Part shown: positions 22,067-35,805 of the stretch, in pieces
How the letters are laid out: each line of letters opens with the position of its first letter
Position numbering within the stretch: position 1 is the first letter of the stretch
Assembly: GCF_009931435.1 (NCBI RefSeq)
Contig: NZ_CP043414.1
DNA length: 64,000 nucleotides
Origin: Escherichia coli
Lineage (GTDB): Bacteria > Pseudomonadota > Gammaproteobacteria > Enterobacterales > Enterobacteriaceae
Direction: 5' to 3' (one strand)
Position numbers and translations under genes: made by a program
Notes under the pieces: model-generated
The model's database searches: none
What the model was told of the DNA's origin: nothing
Seen by the model: the letters and a program-made list of their open reading frames with translations, nothing else

Positions 22067-22158
22067 TCACCACGCTAAAGCTCCGTGTCCACATAACCTA
22101 GGTCGGAGGCATGACCTTCTCTGGTTCGTCCCATCTAAAATGTCTATAAAGAACATGG

Positions 22159-22560
22159 TTATTCAATTATTTTTTCTTTGAGTTTATTCTCAATCCAGCT
22201 GTCTTTATACCTGATGAAAATTTGACACTCACCAATATTATCAATGTCTCCAGAATTTGTATTTGGAATTTGTCCAACTGCAACTATAGTTGATTCAAAA
22301 TATTCAACATTGACATTATCTGTAATTATTGAAATTATATAATCATCTGGAATAGAGCCATTAGGAGTTATATTGAAGAAACTAACACCTGAAAATACAA
22401 AATAACCATCTTCTAAGTCTTCATTATCATAAAAATTCCATTCTGTTGTACCATAGGCTATCCTTGAGATTAAATTAACCTGAATTCTAATTTGTTTACT
22501 CCATAAATCAAATTCAATTTTTTTTATTGCTCGATCACCAAGATATATTCTATCAAACAT
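22159..22560 (-). CDS. Hypothetical 133-aa protein in the Rhs-associated AT-rich region; candidate orphan immunity protein
   Basis: ATG start with AGGGGG 5 nt upstream; AT-rich; no recognisable family by eye. Confidence 0.55.
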   Translation of the reverse strand: MFDRIYLGDRAIKKIEFDLWSKQIRIQVNLISRIAYGTTEWNFYDNEDLEDGYFVFSGVSFFNITPNGSIPDDYIISIITDNVNVEYFESTIVAVGQIPNTNSGDIDNIGECQIFIRYKDSWIENKLKEKIIE

Positions 22561-23111
22561 ATTACCCCCCTATTCTAAAAATACTCAGGCATTCCGCACA
22601 TTATATCAGCCTCATCTTGATTGCTTCTCGTTTCCCGATACGGCGGCGCGGGGAGTCATAAAGGTAAGAAATTTCCAGCAGTACGGCGTCCTATTGTTCA
22701 CGGCGGTAATGCACCAGCCAGTATTGGCTATCGTAGTGATAACCGTGTAACCTGCCGCCGCATCGCGTATCTAATGTTCATTCTTTTCCATAAACCGTCC
22801 GTACACATTGTGATAGTAAAAATACAATACATCTTTGCTGATGCGGTTATTCTGCTGCATGTGGGGAGCGCCGAATACTGCTCCCGGTATGGCCAGTAAT
22901 TACTATTTAGTACGACGTTAGGGGGAGTCAATTAATCTCACAGATACTTCAAGTAACAGATGAAAATCGCTCCTGAAATGAAAAAAGAAATTTTTTTGAA
23001 TGTGTTCCTGTCAAATCAAGTGGTTTTTTCGTCGATATGTAGAGTCATATTGTAAACAAAATTGTTACGAAACACACCTTGGTAAAATATTTGAATCGAC
23101 TGTACAGTGGA

Positions 23112-23339
23112 TTATTTTGTGTGTATTACATTCAACACTTGCCCATCTTTTTTCGCTATTAGTATTGTAAAATTTCCTCCTAACGTCTTCGGTTGTTTTC
23201 CCTCGATTTTCCAACAATTATTGTCATCTGTAATACTATATGGTTTCTGAAATTCTGCTTTTTCTTTCCCGTATACATATTTAATGTAAACATATGATAA
23301 TTCCAAAGCCATTTCACGACTATTTACTAAAATTTCCAC
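23112..23339 (-). pseudogene. 5'-truncated paralog of the 21211..21609 secreted-protein gene (signal peptide lost)
   Basis: GTG-initiated 75-aa ORF VEILVNSREMALELSYVYIKYVYGKEKAEFQKPYSI...; homology to the paralog continues 6 codons upstream (VSGKENP) to an in-frame stop inside the palindrome. Confidence 0.6.
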
Positions 23340-23357
23340 TGGATTTTCTTTTCCAGA

Positions 23358-23395
23358 TACTTATTATGATATTGTAAACAATATCATAATAAGTA
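23358..23395. repeat. Perfect 18-bp inverted repeat with 2-bp spacer (tacttattatgatattgt aa acaatatcataataagta)
   Basis: Read directly; one arm is homologous to the coding sequence (..NIIIMRKY..) of the paralog at about 21470-21492, so the palindrome looks like an inverted duplication that truncated the gene. Confidence 0.8.
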
Positions 23396-23582
23396 ATATT
23401 AGTGAGTTTCTCGTGTTCTACACCTATCGAATCTCAAAAGTTGAGGGTAAAACATTACATTCAGAATATATGATATTCCTACCATCGGAATCCATTTTTC
23501 CAAATCGACCTTCTGGTGTGCCTGGATATCCATTAAGAACATGTTTTTCCGAATGGTTAATTTATTTTCTCAGGAAGATGTT

Positions 23583-24152
23583 TTATTTTTCTTCACTACG
23601 AAGCAGTTCATGCTGTATTTTTGTTAAACATTCGTAAGACTCATCTTTGTTCGGGAGATGTGCTGTCATTCGAGCATAAGTTGGCTTCTCATCTTTAAAA
23701 TATTTAACCATGATTGAATTATCAAGGACTGCCAACAACTGAGCTGGATCACTGCTCTTTTTTTGATAGATACCCGCTCTTATATAACTTCTAAACCGAT
23801 CGCCGAGAAACGCCGTTTTTTCTGCTGTATTTATCAACTCCTGCAACGTTCCTTTGATGGCATGATTTTCATTAAGGCGTAGTGACCCAACGCGAATTAA
23901 GAGTCTCGCCCCGCTTGGTGTGAATTTATTATTTTTACATGTACCCAGTTCTGTTTGCCAATAATACTCACCGATGTCCTCATTCTGATACCATCTCCAC
24001 ATGGCTTTATTATTTAAGACAGGAAACGCGGAAAAAATAGTACCCTTAGCGAAAATAGTAAAACAATCATGATCTTTAGCTTGTATTTCGCAATCAGCTA
24101 TAGCACCAAAACTAACAAATATCATCAGCAAAAAGAACAAAAATCTTTTCAT
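23583..24152 (-). CDS. Predicted secreted immunity protein for the RhsB C-terminal toxin (yhhH-like position)
   Basis: 189-aa ORF with Sec signal peptide [21 protein letters not shown]; its ATG overlaps the rhsB stop (ATGA at 24152..24149), typical toxin-immunity coupling; AT-rich. Confidence 0.7.
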   Translation of the reverse strand: MKRFLFFLLMIFVSFGAIADCEIQAKDHDCFTIFAKGTIFSAFPVLNNKAMWRWYQNEDIGEYYWQTELGTCKNNKFTPSGARLLIRVGSLRLNENHAIKGTLQELINTAEKTAFLGDRFRSYIRAGIYQKKSSDPAQLLAVLDNSIMVKYFKDEKPTYARMTAHLPNKDESYECLTKIQHELLRSEEK

Positions 24153-27100
24153 TTTCTTATTCCTCTCGATGTTCTCTGTTTCATTTTAGCTAAAATTTCA
24201 CCCAAATCATCTATCCCTGCTGTTGCTGGCCCATCGGGTTTATTAATGTCTGGGAATAAATAGGGTTCTGCACAAGTATATCCTGGTGGTAATTGAGTTG
24301 TTGGCCAATTTGTCTGTGGCAGGTAATCACTTGCTGTCTTTGTATCCATCCCTGGATACTGGGGATCATCCTGTGGCGTACAAGTCAGATTTGGTTTTAC
24401 CCACTTCCTGCAATACAGTGTGTAGTCGTAAGGGCTTAATGCTCTGAAGAATGTTTTGAAAACATTAGGCGCACTACTGGCCTGGTCAATAGGATATGGC
24501 AGTCTTAATTGTTTCGCTATGTCTGGCAATTTACTTGGATCGGGCGTAGGCGGTTTGTTGGGTCTCGCTCCATATCCGCCATTATTTAAGTGTCCATATT
24601 TTGATGCCAGTCCCATTGAATCTATATACTGAACCGGATTCAACGGATACTGATAAAAATTCCACCCGCCTTCCAGCCCAATCGGATCCTGAGTGATATA
24701 CCGCCCCTGCAGCGGGTCATAATAGCGATGGCGGTTGTAATACAGGCCGGACTCCTCCTCATACTGCTGACCCGGCAGGCGGATGAGCTGCTGCAGCTGG
24801 TGCGGGTTCTCTTCATTCAGCAGGTTGCCCCACTCATCGTATTCTGCGCACCATTCTGTTGCCCCTTCCGTGCTGACAAGCGCCAGCGGCAGGCCGCGAT
24901 GGTCGCAGTGGTACAGGTGGATTTTTCGCGCCGGCGTGTACACCGGGTCCATCTGGTTTTGCATCTGCTCCACCGTCAGGCCGCACGATGCCAGCCAGCG
25001 GCGGCTTTCCTCACTCACCCGGTCAGCCAGGATTTCACTTTCCAGCCGGTCGGGCATCTGCACCAGCACCGGCGGGAACACCACATGGCCACCGTCTTCA
25101 CCGCCGGACTGCTGAAGAGCGTCCGCCAGGCTGCGGCGCTGCGTTTTCGCCAGCTCACCGGTGGCGGTTTCAACTCTGATGAGTGGTGCGAAGCTCCCCG
25201 GCTGATAAACCGTCTGGATGCGGGTTCTGTCGTTCTGTATCGTGGTCAGCCGGTCGCCGTCCCAGCCGTACCAGGTCACTTCCGGTTTCCGTGACAGCGA
25301 CATCCAGCCCGTCAGGTCCCGTTCACGCCGCCACACCCGTTTTGCCACCCTGCGGCCCAGCGGGTCGTAAAGATAGCGACTTTCGACCAGCGGCTCTGCA
25401 TATTGTGTCCGCGTGTAGTGCACCAGCCGGTGCTGACTGTCGTAATGGTACCGGTGAGTCCGCTCATCATCCGTGCGGATAACCCCTTCCGGGATGAGGT
25501 CGGTTTTCTCCGTCAGCCTGCCGTGACGGTCATACCGGTAAAGATAGTGCGCGTCACGTGTTATACGATTATCCGGCCATATGCAGAGGGTGCTGTCCGG
25601 GTGCAGCTCCGGGTCAGGCAGGCGGTTACCTGCCGGGTCCGTGGCATACGGGATGCGGATATCCAGATTTGAGGTGGTGGTGTGGACGCCGGTCAGCCTG
25701 CCGGAGTCGCTGTAGCTGTAACTCCGGGTCTGGCGCGGGCTGCTGATGCGAATGAGTTCGCCGTTGTCGTTCCAGGTGTAATCGCGGTCATACTGCAGGC
25801 TGTTCAGGTGCTGGCTCTGTAACTGCCCGGCAGGGGTGTAAGCGGTGGTGAGTTCATAACGGCCGAAGCTGCGCAGCGTTTCCCGGTGCAGGCGGTCGCG
25901 GGTGAAATCCACCAGCGGTGTGTCGCCGAGTTTCATCCCTGCCAGGTAACCACTGCCATAAGTCAGCCATTCCACGGCGGGCAGGCTGTCCGGTATACAG
26001 CGGTTCGCCAGCCCCTGCGCGTTGTACGCATGTCTGGTTTCATGCTGCCAGAGCAGTGCTTCCGTCTGCGGGTGATGCACCGTCTGGCGCTCACCGGTCA
26101 GGCGGCCTTTCTCATCATACCCGTAATGCACCGTCACCCGGTGCCCTTCGCTGAGATGGCTGATGCCTGTCAGCCAGCCGCGTTCGTCGTACCGCCACTG
26201 TTCTGCGGTTTCACCATTCACCGTTCGCTGCGTGATGCGGTCTGCTTCGTCATAGTGCCAGTGGGTGACCAGTCCCTCATCCTCGCTGCGGATAAGTTTG
26301 CCGGTCAGGTCGTGGTGATAACGCTGTGTGCGGCCGTCAAAGCCGGTTTCCTGTATCAGCCGGTCGAGTACATCGTAACGGAAGGTGGTGTGGCTGCCGT
26401 TTTCGTTTGTCAGGCGGATGACCCGTCCTGCAGCATCGTATTCCATACTGCGGGTCAGCCCGCCCTGCGTGGTACGGACGGCCTTTCCCCACGCATCGTA
26501 CTGTGCCCCGTATCTGCTGCCGTCCGGGGCAATGACGGTGGTCAGGTCACCGGCGGCGTTGTATTCATACCGCGTTTCATGGCCCTGCGTGTCTTTCACC
26601 GCAATTAACTGTCCATGGCTGTCGTATGCGCGGCACTGGCTCAGGCCTTCCTCGCGGTGCACCGCCGTCATCTGCCCGAAGCGGTCATGGTCATAACGGG
26701 TCTGGTAGCCGGAACAGTCGGTGAAGGTCAGCAACTGACCGTAACGGCTCCACGTCATGGTTTTCCGGCTGCCGGTGGCATCTTCCGTTGCGCAGGGGAA
26801 GTCACTGTGTGGATTATCATAACGGTAGCGGATGATATCGCCGTCAGGGGCAGTTTCCTGAATCAGACGGCCGGATTCATCATATTCCCGGCGTATTTCC
26901 AGCCCGTCAGGCCCGGTGGCTGACGTTAACTGGTTGTGGTGGTTATAGTAAAACGCCGATGCCCTGCCATCCGGCGTGGTGATGCGCGTGATGAGTCCCG
27001 TCACCACATCCGGGCTGTATTCTGTTGTCCGGCCTGCGGCATCCGTCTGTGTCCTGAGCCTGCCCACCGCGTCAAACTGACTCTGCGTGACGCTGCCGTC

Positions 27101-28348
27101 CGCGTGTTCCTTTTTCACCACCCGCTTCAGCCCGCCTTCGCCTGCGGTATGCAGGACTTCATGGCGGTCCAGGCTGTCGGTGATGGTGATGCGGTCTTTC
27201 TCATACTGATACGTGTAGCTTAAGCCTGCCGGGTTTAGCTGTTCTGTCACCCGCCCGTCGCTGTCGTAACGGTAACGGATTTCCGGCCGGCCCGTGTGAC
27301 GGTGCGCCACCATCCGGCCCCGGTATTTATCATCGTAAGTAAAGCTGCGCACCTGTGTATTGCTGCGGTCATACACCGCCGCCAGTTCGCCGCGCGGCGT
27401 CCAGCCATAGCGCACCAGCGGCGTGGCTGGCAGGTTGTCCGGGTATTCCGGGTCGTGCGTCAGCCACACGGCAGACAGACGGATACCGTTGTCCCGGCCA
27501 TATTCCGTGTAGTCCGGCAGGGTATCAGGAAAAGCGGACTGTTCCGCCCCGCCGGAAGAGGCCTGCTGCCGGGCCTCTTCTGCCCGCTGCGCCTGCGTGG
27601 TCAGTGCCAGCCGGAAGTGACGCCCGGCACCATCCGTCACGCCGGTGATTTCGCCGCTGAATTCACCGGCGGCTTCGCGGTGAAACGTCTGTGTGCGCCC
27701 GAAGCGGTCCACCAGCCCGGTCAGTACCCGGTACGGCGGCAGCGGCGCGGGCAGCACCTCATCCGCCTCCGGCACCCGCTCACACCAGCCGAGTACCCAC
27801 CACGGCCCCTGCGGACTGTTCGTCGCCAGATAACGATGCGGACTCAGGCGAAGCTCTTCCGGCAGCGCCTGCCAGAGTGCGGCCAGCCGGTGACCTTCAT
27901 CCAGTCTCAGGACGCCGCCGCGCACCAGCCAGAGTGACTCGCTGCGGCTGTAACCGTCCTCACCGGGAAACAGGTGCTCAAAATACAGGCTTCTGCCGCC
28001 GTTATCACTGAGTATCAGTGTGTTATCGCGCAGCTGTAAGCGGATATCCGCAGGCATTTTCCAGCCGGGGCCGAGAATACCCACCGGCGCGGGCGTTTTT
28101 GTCCGGTAACTGCTGTACGTGCGGGAGAGGATGAACGGCAGCGGTCCGGGCAGGGCAATGTCTGTCTCGCCGGGAAGGACCTTTGCACCGAGCAGGGGAT
28201 TGACCGGATGGCCGGACGTCACCCCGCCGGGGCACACCGAACAGGCCACGCCGGTGGGGGCACCAATACGTACCCCGGCTGAACCCTGAACAATGCTACC
28301 GCCATACTGCGTCATGTCGCCCTGACGCGCCGCCGGTTTTCCGCTCAT
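24149..28348 (-). CDS. rhsB: Rhs-family polymorphic toxin (RhsB-like): N-terminal domain, YD-repeat shell, core ending in the DPxGL motif ([17 protein letters not shown]), and a roughly 177-aa C-terminal variable toxin domain
   Basis: 1399-aa ORF; numerous YD repeats (RYxYDxxGRL); GC-rich core against an AT-poorer C-terminal tip; RBS aagga upstream. Confidence 0.92.
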   Translation of the reverse strand: MSGKPAARQGDMTQYGGSIVQGSAGVRIGAPTGVACSVCPGGVTSGHPVNPLLGAKVLPGETDIALPGPLPFILSRTYSSYRTKTPAPVGILGPGWKMPADIRLQLRDNTLILSDNGGRSLYFEHLFPGEDGYSRSESLWLVRGGVLRLDEGHRLAALWQALPEELRLSPHRYLATNSPQGPWWVLGWCERVPEADEVLPAPLPPYRVLTGLVDRFGRTQTFHREAAGEFSGEITGVTDGAGRHFRLALTTQAQRAEEARQQASSGGAEQSAFPDTLPDYTEYGRDNGIRLSAVWLTHDPEYPDNLPATPLVRYGWTPRGELAAVYDRSNTQVRSFTYDDKYRGRMVAHRHTGRPEIRYRYDSDGRVTEQLNPAGLSYTYQYEKDRITITDSLDRHEVLHTAGEGGLKRVVKKEHADGSVTQSQFDAVGRLRTQTDAAGRTTEYSPDVVTGLITRITTPDGRASAFYYNHHNQLTSATGPDGLEIRREYDESGRLIQETAPDGDIIRYRYDNPHSDFPCATEDATGSRKTMTWSRYGQLLTFTDCSGYQTRYDHDRFGQMTAVHREEGLSQCRAYDSHGQLIAVKDTQGHETRYEYNAAGDLTTVIAPDGSRYGAQYDAWGKAVRTTQGGLTRSMEYDAAGRVIRLTNENGSHTTFRYDVLDRLIQETGFDGRTQRYHHDLTGKLIRSEDEGLVTHWHYDEADRITQRTVNGETAEQWRYDERGWLTGISHLSEGHRVTVHYGYDEKGRLTGERQTVHHPQTEALLWQHETRHAYNAQGLANRCIPDSLPAVEWLTYGSGYLAGMKLGDTPLVDFTRDRLHRETLRSFGRYELTTAYTPAGQLQSQHLNSLQYDRDYTWNDNGELIRISSPRQTRSYSYSDSGRLTGVHTTTSNLDIRIPYATDPAGNRLPDPELHPDSTLCIWPDNRITRDAHYLYRYDRHGRLTEKTDLIPEGVIRTDDERTHRYHYDSQHRLVHYTRTQYAEPLVESRYLYDPLGRRVAKRVWRRERDLTGWMSLSRKPEVTWYGWDGDRLTTIQNDRTRIQTVYQPGSFAPLIRVETATGELAKTQRRSLADALQQSGGEDGGHVVFPPVLVQMPDRLESEILADRVSEESRRWLASCGLTVEQMQNQMDPVYTPARKIHLYHCDHRGLPLALVSTEGATEWCAEYDEWGNLLNEENPHQLQQLIRLPGQQYEEESGLYYNRHRYYDPLQGRYITQDPIGLEGGWNFYQYPLNPVQYIDSMGLASKYGHLNNGGYGARPNKPPTPDPSKLPDIAKQLRLPYPIDQASSAPNVFKTFFRALSPYDYTLYCRKWVKPNLTCTPQDDPQYPGMDTKTASDYLPQTNWPTTQLPPGYTCAEPYLFPDINKPDGPATAGIDDLGEILAKMKQRTSRGIRK

Positions 28349-28550
28349 CGTAAAATCCTTTTCTATTATTTTAATGACAGTATCTTCATACGAAAAAGCG
28401 AAGAAAAACTTGTGGTCACAATGAATTGAAGATTTTTAGGAATATATTTAGAACGTTACAAAAGAGAAGGTTCGGATAGGGTATTTAGAGAGGAATCAGG
28501 TGTGCTAGTGGCCCTTTGTTGATCGTTCACCAAAGGACCCAATAATAGGC

Positions 28551-31353
<2,803 letters not shown>

Positions 31354-31357
<4 letters not shown>

Positions 31358-32298
31358 GCGTGCGCTCCTTCATGACGACGAATGCGCGGGTCCAGCGCGG
31401 CGTTGAGCAAATCGACAATCAAATTACAGACCACAAAAACCACCACCATCATCAGCGTAAAGCATTGGATCACCGGATAGTCACGGTTAAAAATCGCCGA
31501 CACCGCATAGCGCCCGACGCCCGGCCAGGCAAAGATGTTTTCGATAATCATCGTCCCGCCAATCAGTTCGCCAATGTGCATCCCCACGGCGGTGATCATC
31601 GGCAGCGAGGCATTGCGCAGGATATGGCGGCGTTCGGTCTGTTTGTCGTTCAGGCCGCGCAGTCGCGCCCAGGTCACATGACGCTGACCGGCGACGTCCA
31701 GCATGCTGGCGCGCAGCAGACGCGCGTTAATCGCCAGCGACATAAAGGCGATGGAAACCGCAGGCAAAATGATGTGCTGCCAGCCGCCGTAACCCATCGC
31801 GGGCAGCCATTGCAGATACACTGAAAATGCCATCACCAGTAAAAACGCCAACCAGAAGTTGGGCATTGAAACGCCAAGAAACGCGATAAAACGCACGGCG
31901 AAATCCGGCAGGCGGTCGCGATGGCGCGCCGCCCAGATGCCGAGCGGCACGGAAGTGAGCAGAATTAATACCAGCGCCGCGCCCGCCAGTTCCAGCGTGG
32001 CGGGCAGGAAGGTCAGCATATCGTCCAGCACCGGGCGTTGGCTGGCGAATGAGATACCAAAGTCAAGATGCAGCGCTTTCCACAACCAGGTTCCGTACTG
32101 CACGTACAACGGCTGATCCAGCCCCAGCATGGTGCGGGTAGAAGCCAGCATTTCCGGCGTCGGCGGTAGGTTAGACAGACGCAGATAATCGAGCGCCGGG
32201 TCGCCGGTGCCGAGGCGCAGCATCAGAAAAATGATCACCGAGGCGGCGAGCACCATCGGGATCAGCAGCAGAAAGCGGCGTAATACATAACGCAACAT
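31354..32298 (-). CDS. nikB: Nickel ABC transporter permease NikB
   Basis: 314-aa polytopic ORF. Confidence 0.92.
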
Positions 32299-33872
32299 TA
32301 AGGTTTCACCGGTTTAATCTGTTCGAACGGGATTTCGGTGGCGATCGGCGCGTAGGGGATGTTACCCAGTTCCGGTTTTGAAACCACCATCATTGAGATA
32401 TAGCTGATGGGCAGATAAACCGCCTCGTCATGCAGACGGGTCAGAATGTCGCGATACAGTGCCTGACGTTGGGTTTCGTCGTGTGTCGCCAGCACTTCGC
32501 CAATCTCTTTATCAATCAGTGGCTTGTCGGCTAAACCTTGCTGTGCCTGGAAGTCAGCGTGCGACGGTACGCGCATTGAACTCAGGAAGGCGTGTGGATC
32601 GTATGGCGCGCCCCAGGTACGGTGGAAAATCATGCCAAAACGACCGTCGCGCTGACGAGCATAGATACTGCTCTCTTCTTCGCCGATCAGCGTGACATCC
32701 GCGCCAATCTGGCGCATATCAGCCTGAATGATTTCGGCCATTGATTTGCTTAACGCATCGGTGCCGATGAACGACAGTTCAATGCGCAGCGGCTGACCAT
32801 TTTTCTCGCGGATGTCTTTGCCTGCGGGCAGCGTCCAGCCTGCTTGTTCCAGCAACGCTTTCGCTTTCTGCGGATCGTACTGGCGCGGTTTCAGGCCGAG
32901 ATTGGCATAGGGCACGGAAGGGGCAAACAGGGTGTCGGCGACCTGCTGGGTGCCATACAACGCGTTATCGATCAGCGATTTTTTGTTTACCGCGTAATTG
33001 AGCGCTTCACGTACGGCCAGCTCGTTGGTGGGGGCTTTGGCAGTATTGAGCGCCAGCATCACGGTTTCGATCGGCTGTGACAGTTGGGTGTGGTAAGCCG
33101 GGTTCTGGCTAAAGCGGGCGAAGGTATCGAGCGGTAATAGCCCTTCATTACCGTATAGTAGATCGATATCGCCGGTTTCAAACGCTACTGCGCGGGTAGT
33201 CGGGTCTGGGATGACGTTAAAAGTGATCTTCTTAATCGCCGGCTTTTCGCCCCAGTAGTTTTCGTTACGGACGAAGACATCGTACTGATTCAGTTTCGAT
33301 TCCTGCAAAACCCACGGCCCGGTGCCAATCGGCGCTTTAATCCCATTCATGGTTTCATGGTTTTTAAACTGCGAAGGGGCGATAAAGCGGAAAGGACGGG
33401 GCAGGGCCAGTTCTTGCAGGAAAGGGTAGTAGGCGCTTTTCAGGGTGATTTGCAGCTCGGTTTTACTGAGAGCTTTGACATCAACAATCTGGTTTGCCAG
33501 CTCCAGCCAGGCGTGACGTTGACGGTTGTCGAGCACAGCGCGGAAGTTTTCTGCCGCGGCCTCTGCATCAAACGGTTCACCGTTAGAGAATTTCACATCA
33601 TCACGCAGGGTGAAGGTCCAGGTTTTGCCATCTTCTGAATGGGTCCAGCTTTTTGCCAGCCACGGGATCACCGAACCGTCTGCCTGATATTTCACCAGTG
33701 GTTCATAAACCATGCTCTGGGCGAACATCTGGTTGGGTGTGTAAAGGTGCGGGTTTAGTGGCCCGACATTCACCGGCCAGGCGGTGGTGATTTCATCTGG
33801 TGCAGCGGCATGGACGATAAAAGACGCACAAGCCAGCAGCGCAAATAGAGTGCGGCGTAGTGTGGAGAGCAT
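32298..33872 (-). CDS. nikA: Periplasmic nickel-binding protein NikA
   Basis: 524-aa ORF with signal peptide [25 protein letters not shown]. Confidence 0.94.
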   Translation of the reverse strand: MLSTLRRTLFALLACASFIVHAAAPDEITTAWPVNVGPLNPHLYTPNQMFAQSMVYEPLVKYQADGSVIPWLAKSWTHSEDGKTWTFTLRDDVKFSNGEPFDAEAAAENFRAVLDNRQRHAWLELANQIVDVKALSKTELQITLKSAYYPFLQELALPRPFRFIAPSQFKNHETMNGIKAPIGTGPWVLQESKLNQYDVFVRNENYWGEKPAIKKITFNVIPDPTTRAVAFETGDIDLLYGNEGLLPLDTFARFSQNPAYHTQLSQPIETVMLALNTAKAPTNELAVREALNYAVNKKSLIDNALYGTQQVADTLFAPSVPYANLGLKPRQYDPQKAKALLEQAGWTLPAGKDIREKNGQPLRIELSFIGTDALSKSMAEIIQADMRQIGADVTLIGEEESSIYARQRDGRFGMIFHRTWGAPYDPHAFLSSMRVPSHADFQAQQGLADKPLIDKEIGEVLATHDETQRQALYRDILTRLHDEAVYLPISYISMMVVSKPELGNIPYAPIATEIPFEQIKPVKP

Positions 33873-33909
33873 TGTAACCCCAATGGATTAAAATAGATGG
33901 CGGAAATAA

Positions 33910-33937
33910 GTATGACGATTTTAAGTATTCGTCATAC
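33910..33937 (-). promoter_or_regulatory. NikR operator (GTATGA-N16-TCATAC) in the nikA promoter
   Basis: Exact match to the dyad gtatga cgattttaagtattcg tcatac, 38 nt upstream of the nikA start codon. Confidence 0.85.
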
Positions 33938-33982
33938 TGATAACCTGTTCTGGATCAATAGATGGGCAGTCGGATGGGCTGA

Positions 33983-34570
33983 TCAGTTAACTGAATCGAT
34001 CCATTGCACACTGTCGGCGGTGAGCGTAAAGGGAGTAGGGGTGCAGATCGCCAGACTTAAATTTTCAAGCTGACAATGGCTGACTGACAGCGAGGACTGA
34101 TAGGTGCTGTCTACGCTGACGATTTGCCAGGCGCTGCCGCCACGTTGTTTAACGATGGCTTCTTTGCGTGTCCAGATGCGCCAGAACATTTCCAGTTGCT
34201 GATCTGGATGCACGGCGTCCATCTCGGCATGTTCTCCGAGGCTGAACACCGCGTTCGCCAGCCAGCGCCAGTTGGCACGCGGGCGAATCACTTCGATATC
34301 GCAGCCGACTTCGCCCTCATCGCTCAACAGTAGGGCAATATCGTCACCGCTATGGCTTAAGTTGAACCATAGCGGCGTTTCCGATGCGAATGCGGGTTTG
34401 CCTTGTTCGCCGTAGATGATCTCAGGTAGCGGGGAAAGCGTGTGTGAAAGCAATGCACGCCCCGCCAGCCAGCGTTCGCGCCGTGGACCTTGCGGTGCTT
34501 TATCGCGTAAAGCCGGTGGCAGTGGAGCTGCGCTTAAGGTCGAAACTTTCCCCAGAACTATCCGATACAT
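33983..34570 (-). CDS. acpT: 4'-phosphopantetheinyl transferase AcpT
   Basis: 195-aa ORF MYRIVLGKVSTLSAAPLPPALRDKAPQGPRRERWLAGRALLSHTLSP... Confidence 0.88.
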   Translation of the reverse strand: MYRIVLGKVSTLSAAPLPPALRDKAPQGPRRERWLAGRALLSHTLSPLPEIIYGEQGKPAFASETPLWFNLSHSGDDIALLLSDEGEVGCDIEVIRPRANWRWLANAVFSLGEHAEMDAVHPDQQLEMFWRIWTRKEAIVKQRGGSAWQIVSVDSTYQSSLSVSHCQLENLSLAICTPTPFTLTADSVQWIDSVN

Positions 34571-34624
34571 ATCAGGGCCAACGTTTAATGGAAAATGAAA
34601 GTGCGTATCGTATCACTTGTCGCC

Positions 34625-35674
34625 TCATCCCGGTAACCGACTTTTCGGTCTGCCCGGCCCCAGTAAGATCGCCAGTTTGCTGCCGCCTTTGGTGGTTTCC
34701 ATCCAGATTTTACACACGCTAGTTAATGGCACCGAAAGCAACATACCTACCGGGCCGAGCAGCCATCCCCAAATCAATAATGAAAGAAATACCACCATGG
34801 TGGACATCCCCAGGCGATGGCCCATCATTCGCGGTTCTAAAATATTGCCGATGACCATATGGACAACTAAAAACAATGCGCCGACCAGAATACATTCGTA
34901 AACGCCATTAAACAGCAGCACCTGAATCATTGGCGGTACGGCGGAAATTACCGCGCCGATATTGGGCACGTAGTTGAGCAAAAACGCCAGTACTGCCCAC
35001 ATCAGCGCAAACTGTACGCCCATAAGTTCCAGCCCCAGCCAGACGATAATGCCTGTCCATAAACTTAGCAGTGTCTTCAATGCAAGATAGTGCGAAACAC
35101 CTTTTAAGGCGCGGTGTAGTCCGGCGATGTGAATCTGTGGATTATTCAACGCAAAACGCATTTTGTAAGGGACGTGGCGCACTTCAAACAGCATGAAAAC
35201 TACGGTCATCACCAGCAAAAGCACGCTCGCCATTGCCCCGGAAAGCCCGGTCATTAGCGCCGTGGTGAAGGTAACCACTTTTTCCGAGTCCATCCGCTGC
35301 AGCATTCGCTCCGGCGACATATGCAAATTAAGAAAAGGCAACATCTCCTGCAATTTAAAAAGTTTGCGCGTCAGCTCCTTATTAAACTTCGGCAGCATAG
35401 AGATGAATTCGTTAAACGAAGCTGCCAGTACACCGACCAGCGCGGTTAGTGCGATCAGCATCACCACCACCACAATCGTAATTGCAACGGGGCGTTGTAC
35501 TCCGCGACGAATAAACCAGGTGACGAGCGGGTTGAGGACGATGGCAAAAAACAGCGCCAGTAACAGTTGCACAATGATATCTGCCGCTGCGTGAATTCCC
35601 GCGAGGATCACTACCAGCGAGGCCAGCTTGAGCAGAATGTGCATGCCCGTTTTATCGGGTTGAGGGGTTTCCAT
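34625..35674 (-). CDS. yhhT: AI-2E/PerM-family membrane transporter
   Basis: ORF track 34625..35755; ATG at 35674 gives METPQPDKTGMHILLKLASLVVILAG..., 349 aa. Confidence 0.85.
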   Translation of the reverse strand: METPQPDKTGMHILLKLASLVVILAGIHAAADIIVQLLLALFFAIVLNPLVTWFIRRGVQRPVAITIVVVVMLIALTALVGVLAASFNEFISMLPKFNKELTRKLFKLQEMLPFLNLHMSPERMLQRMDSEKVVTFTTALMTGLSGAMASVLLLVMTVVFMLFEVRHVPYKMRFALNNPQIHIAGLHRALKGVSHYLALKTLLSLWTGIIVWLGLELMGVQFALMWAVLAFLLNYVPNIGAVISAVPPMIQVLLFNGVYECILVGALFLVVHMVIGNILEPRMMGHRLGMSTMVVFLSLLIWGWLLGPVGMLLSVPLTSVCKIWMETTKGGSKLAILLGPGRPKSRLPG

Positions 35675-35805
35675 TGGGGCTTCCTTGTGACTTTTTGTAT
35701 TAAGTGTAGCGGGAGTCACGCCAGCAATATTCTGATTCTTCCTGCTGATTTTCACGTCAGCACGTGGTAAAAATGAAACACTGTTGTAAAAATGTGGTGA
35801 TCCTC

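Noticed and set aside
22621-22931. ORFs of 92 aa (plus) and 67 aa (minus) in the GC-rich patch of the orphan region
   Set aside because: No RBS, no recognisable fold, and they overlap each other; more likely relic DNA than genes. The patch itself is reported as a finding.
24728-28011. Many plus-strand ORFs (63-240 aa) inside the rhsB coding region
   Set aside because: They are antisense to a long, well-supported Rhs ORF in GC-rich DNA where stop codons are rare, with Arg/Pro/Ala-rich low-complexity translations and no recognisable motifs.
24149-28348. Possible PAAR-like or T6SS-associated N-terminal domain in the Rhs protein
   Set aside because: The N-terminus is Gly/Cys-containing, but I cannot verify a PAAR motif by eye, and no T6SS genes (VgrG, Hcp) are in the window.
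33938-33990. Attempt to locate the FNR box (TTGAT-N4-ATCAA) upstream of the NikR operator in the nikA promoter
   Set aside because: Only partial half-site matches (for example atcaa at 33955-33959) were found; I could not place a convincing full site, so no feature is reported.
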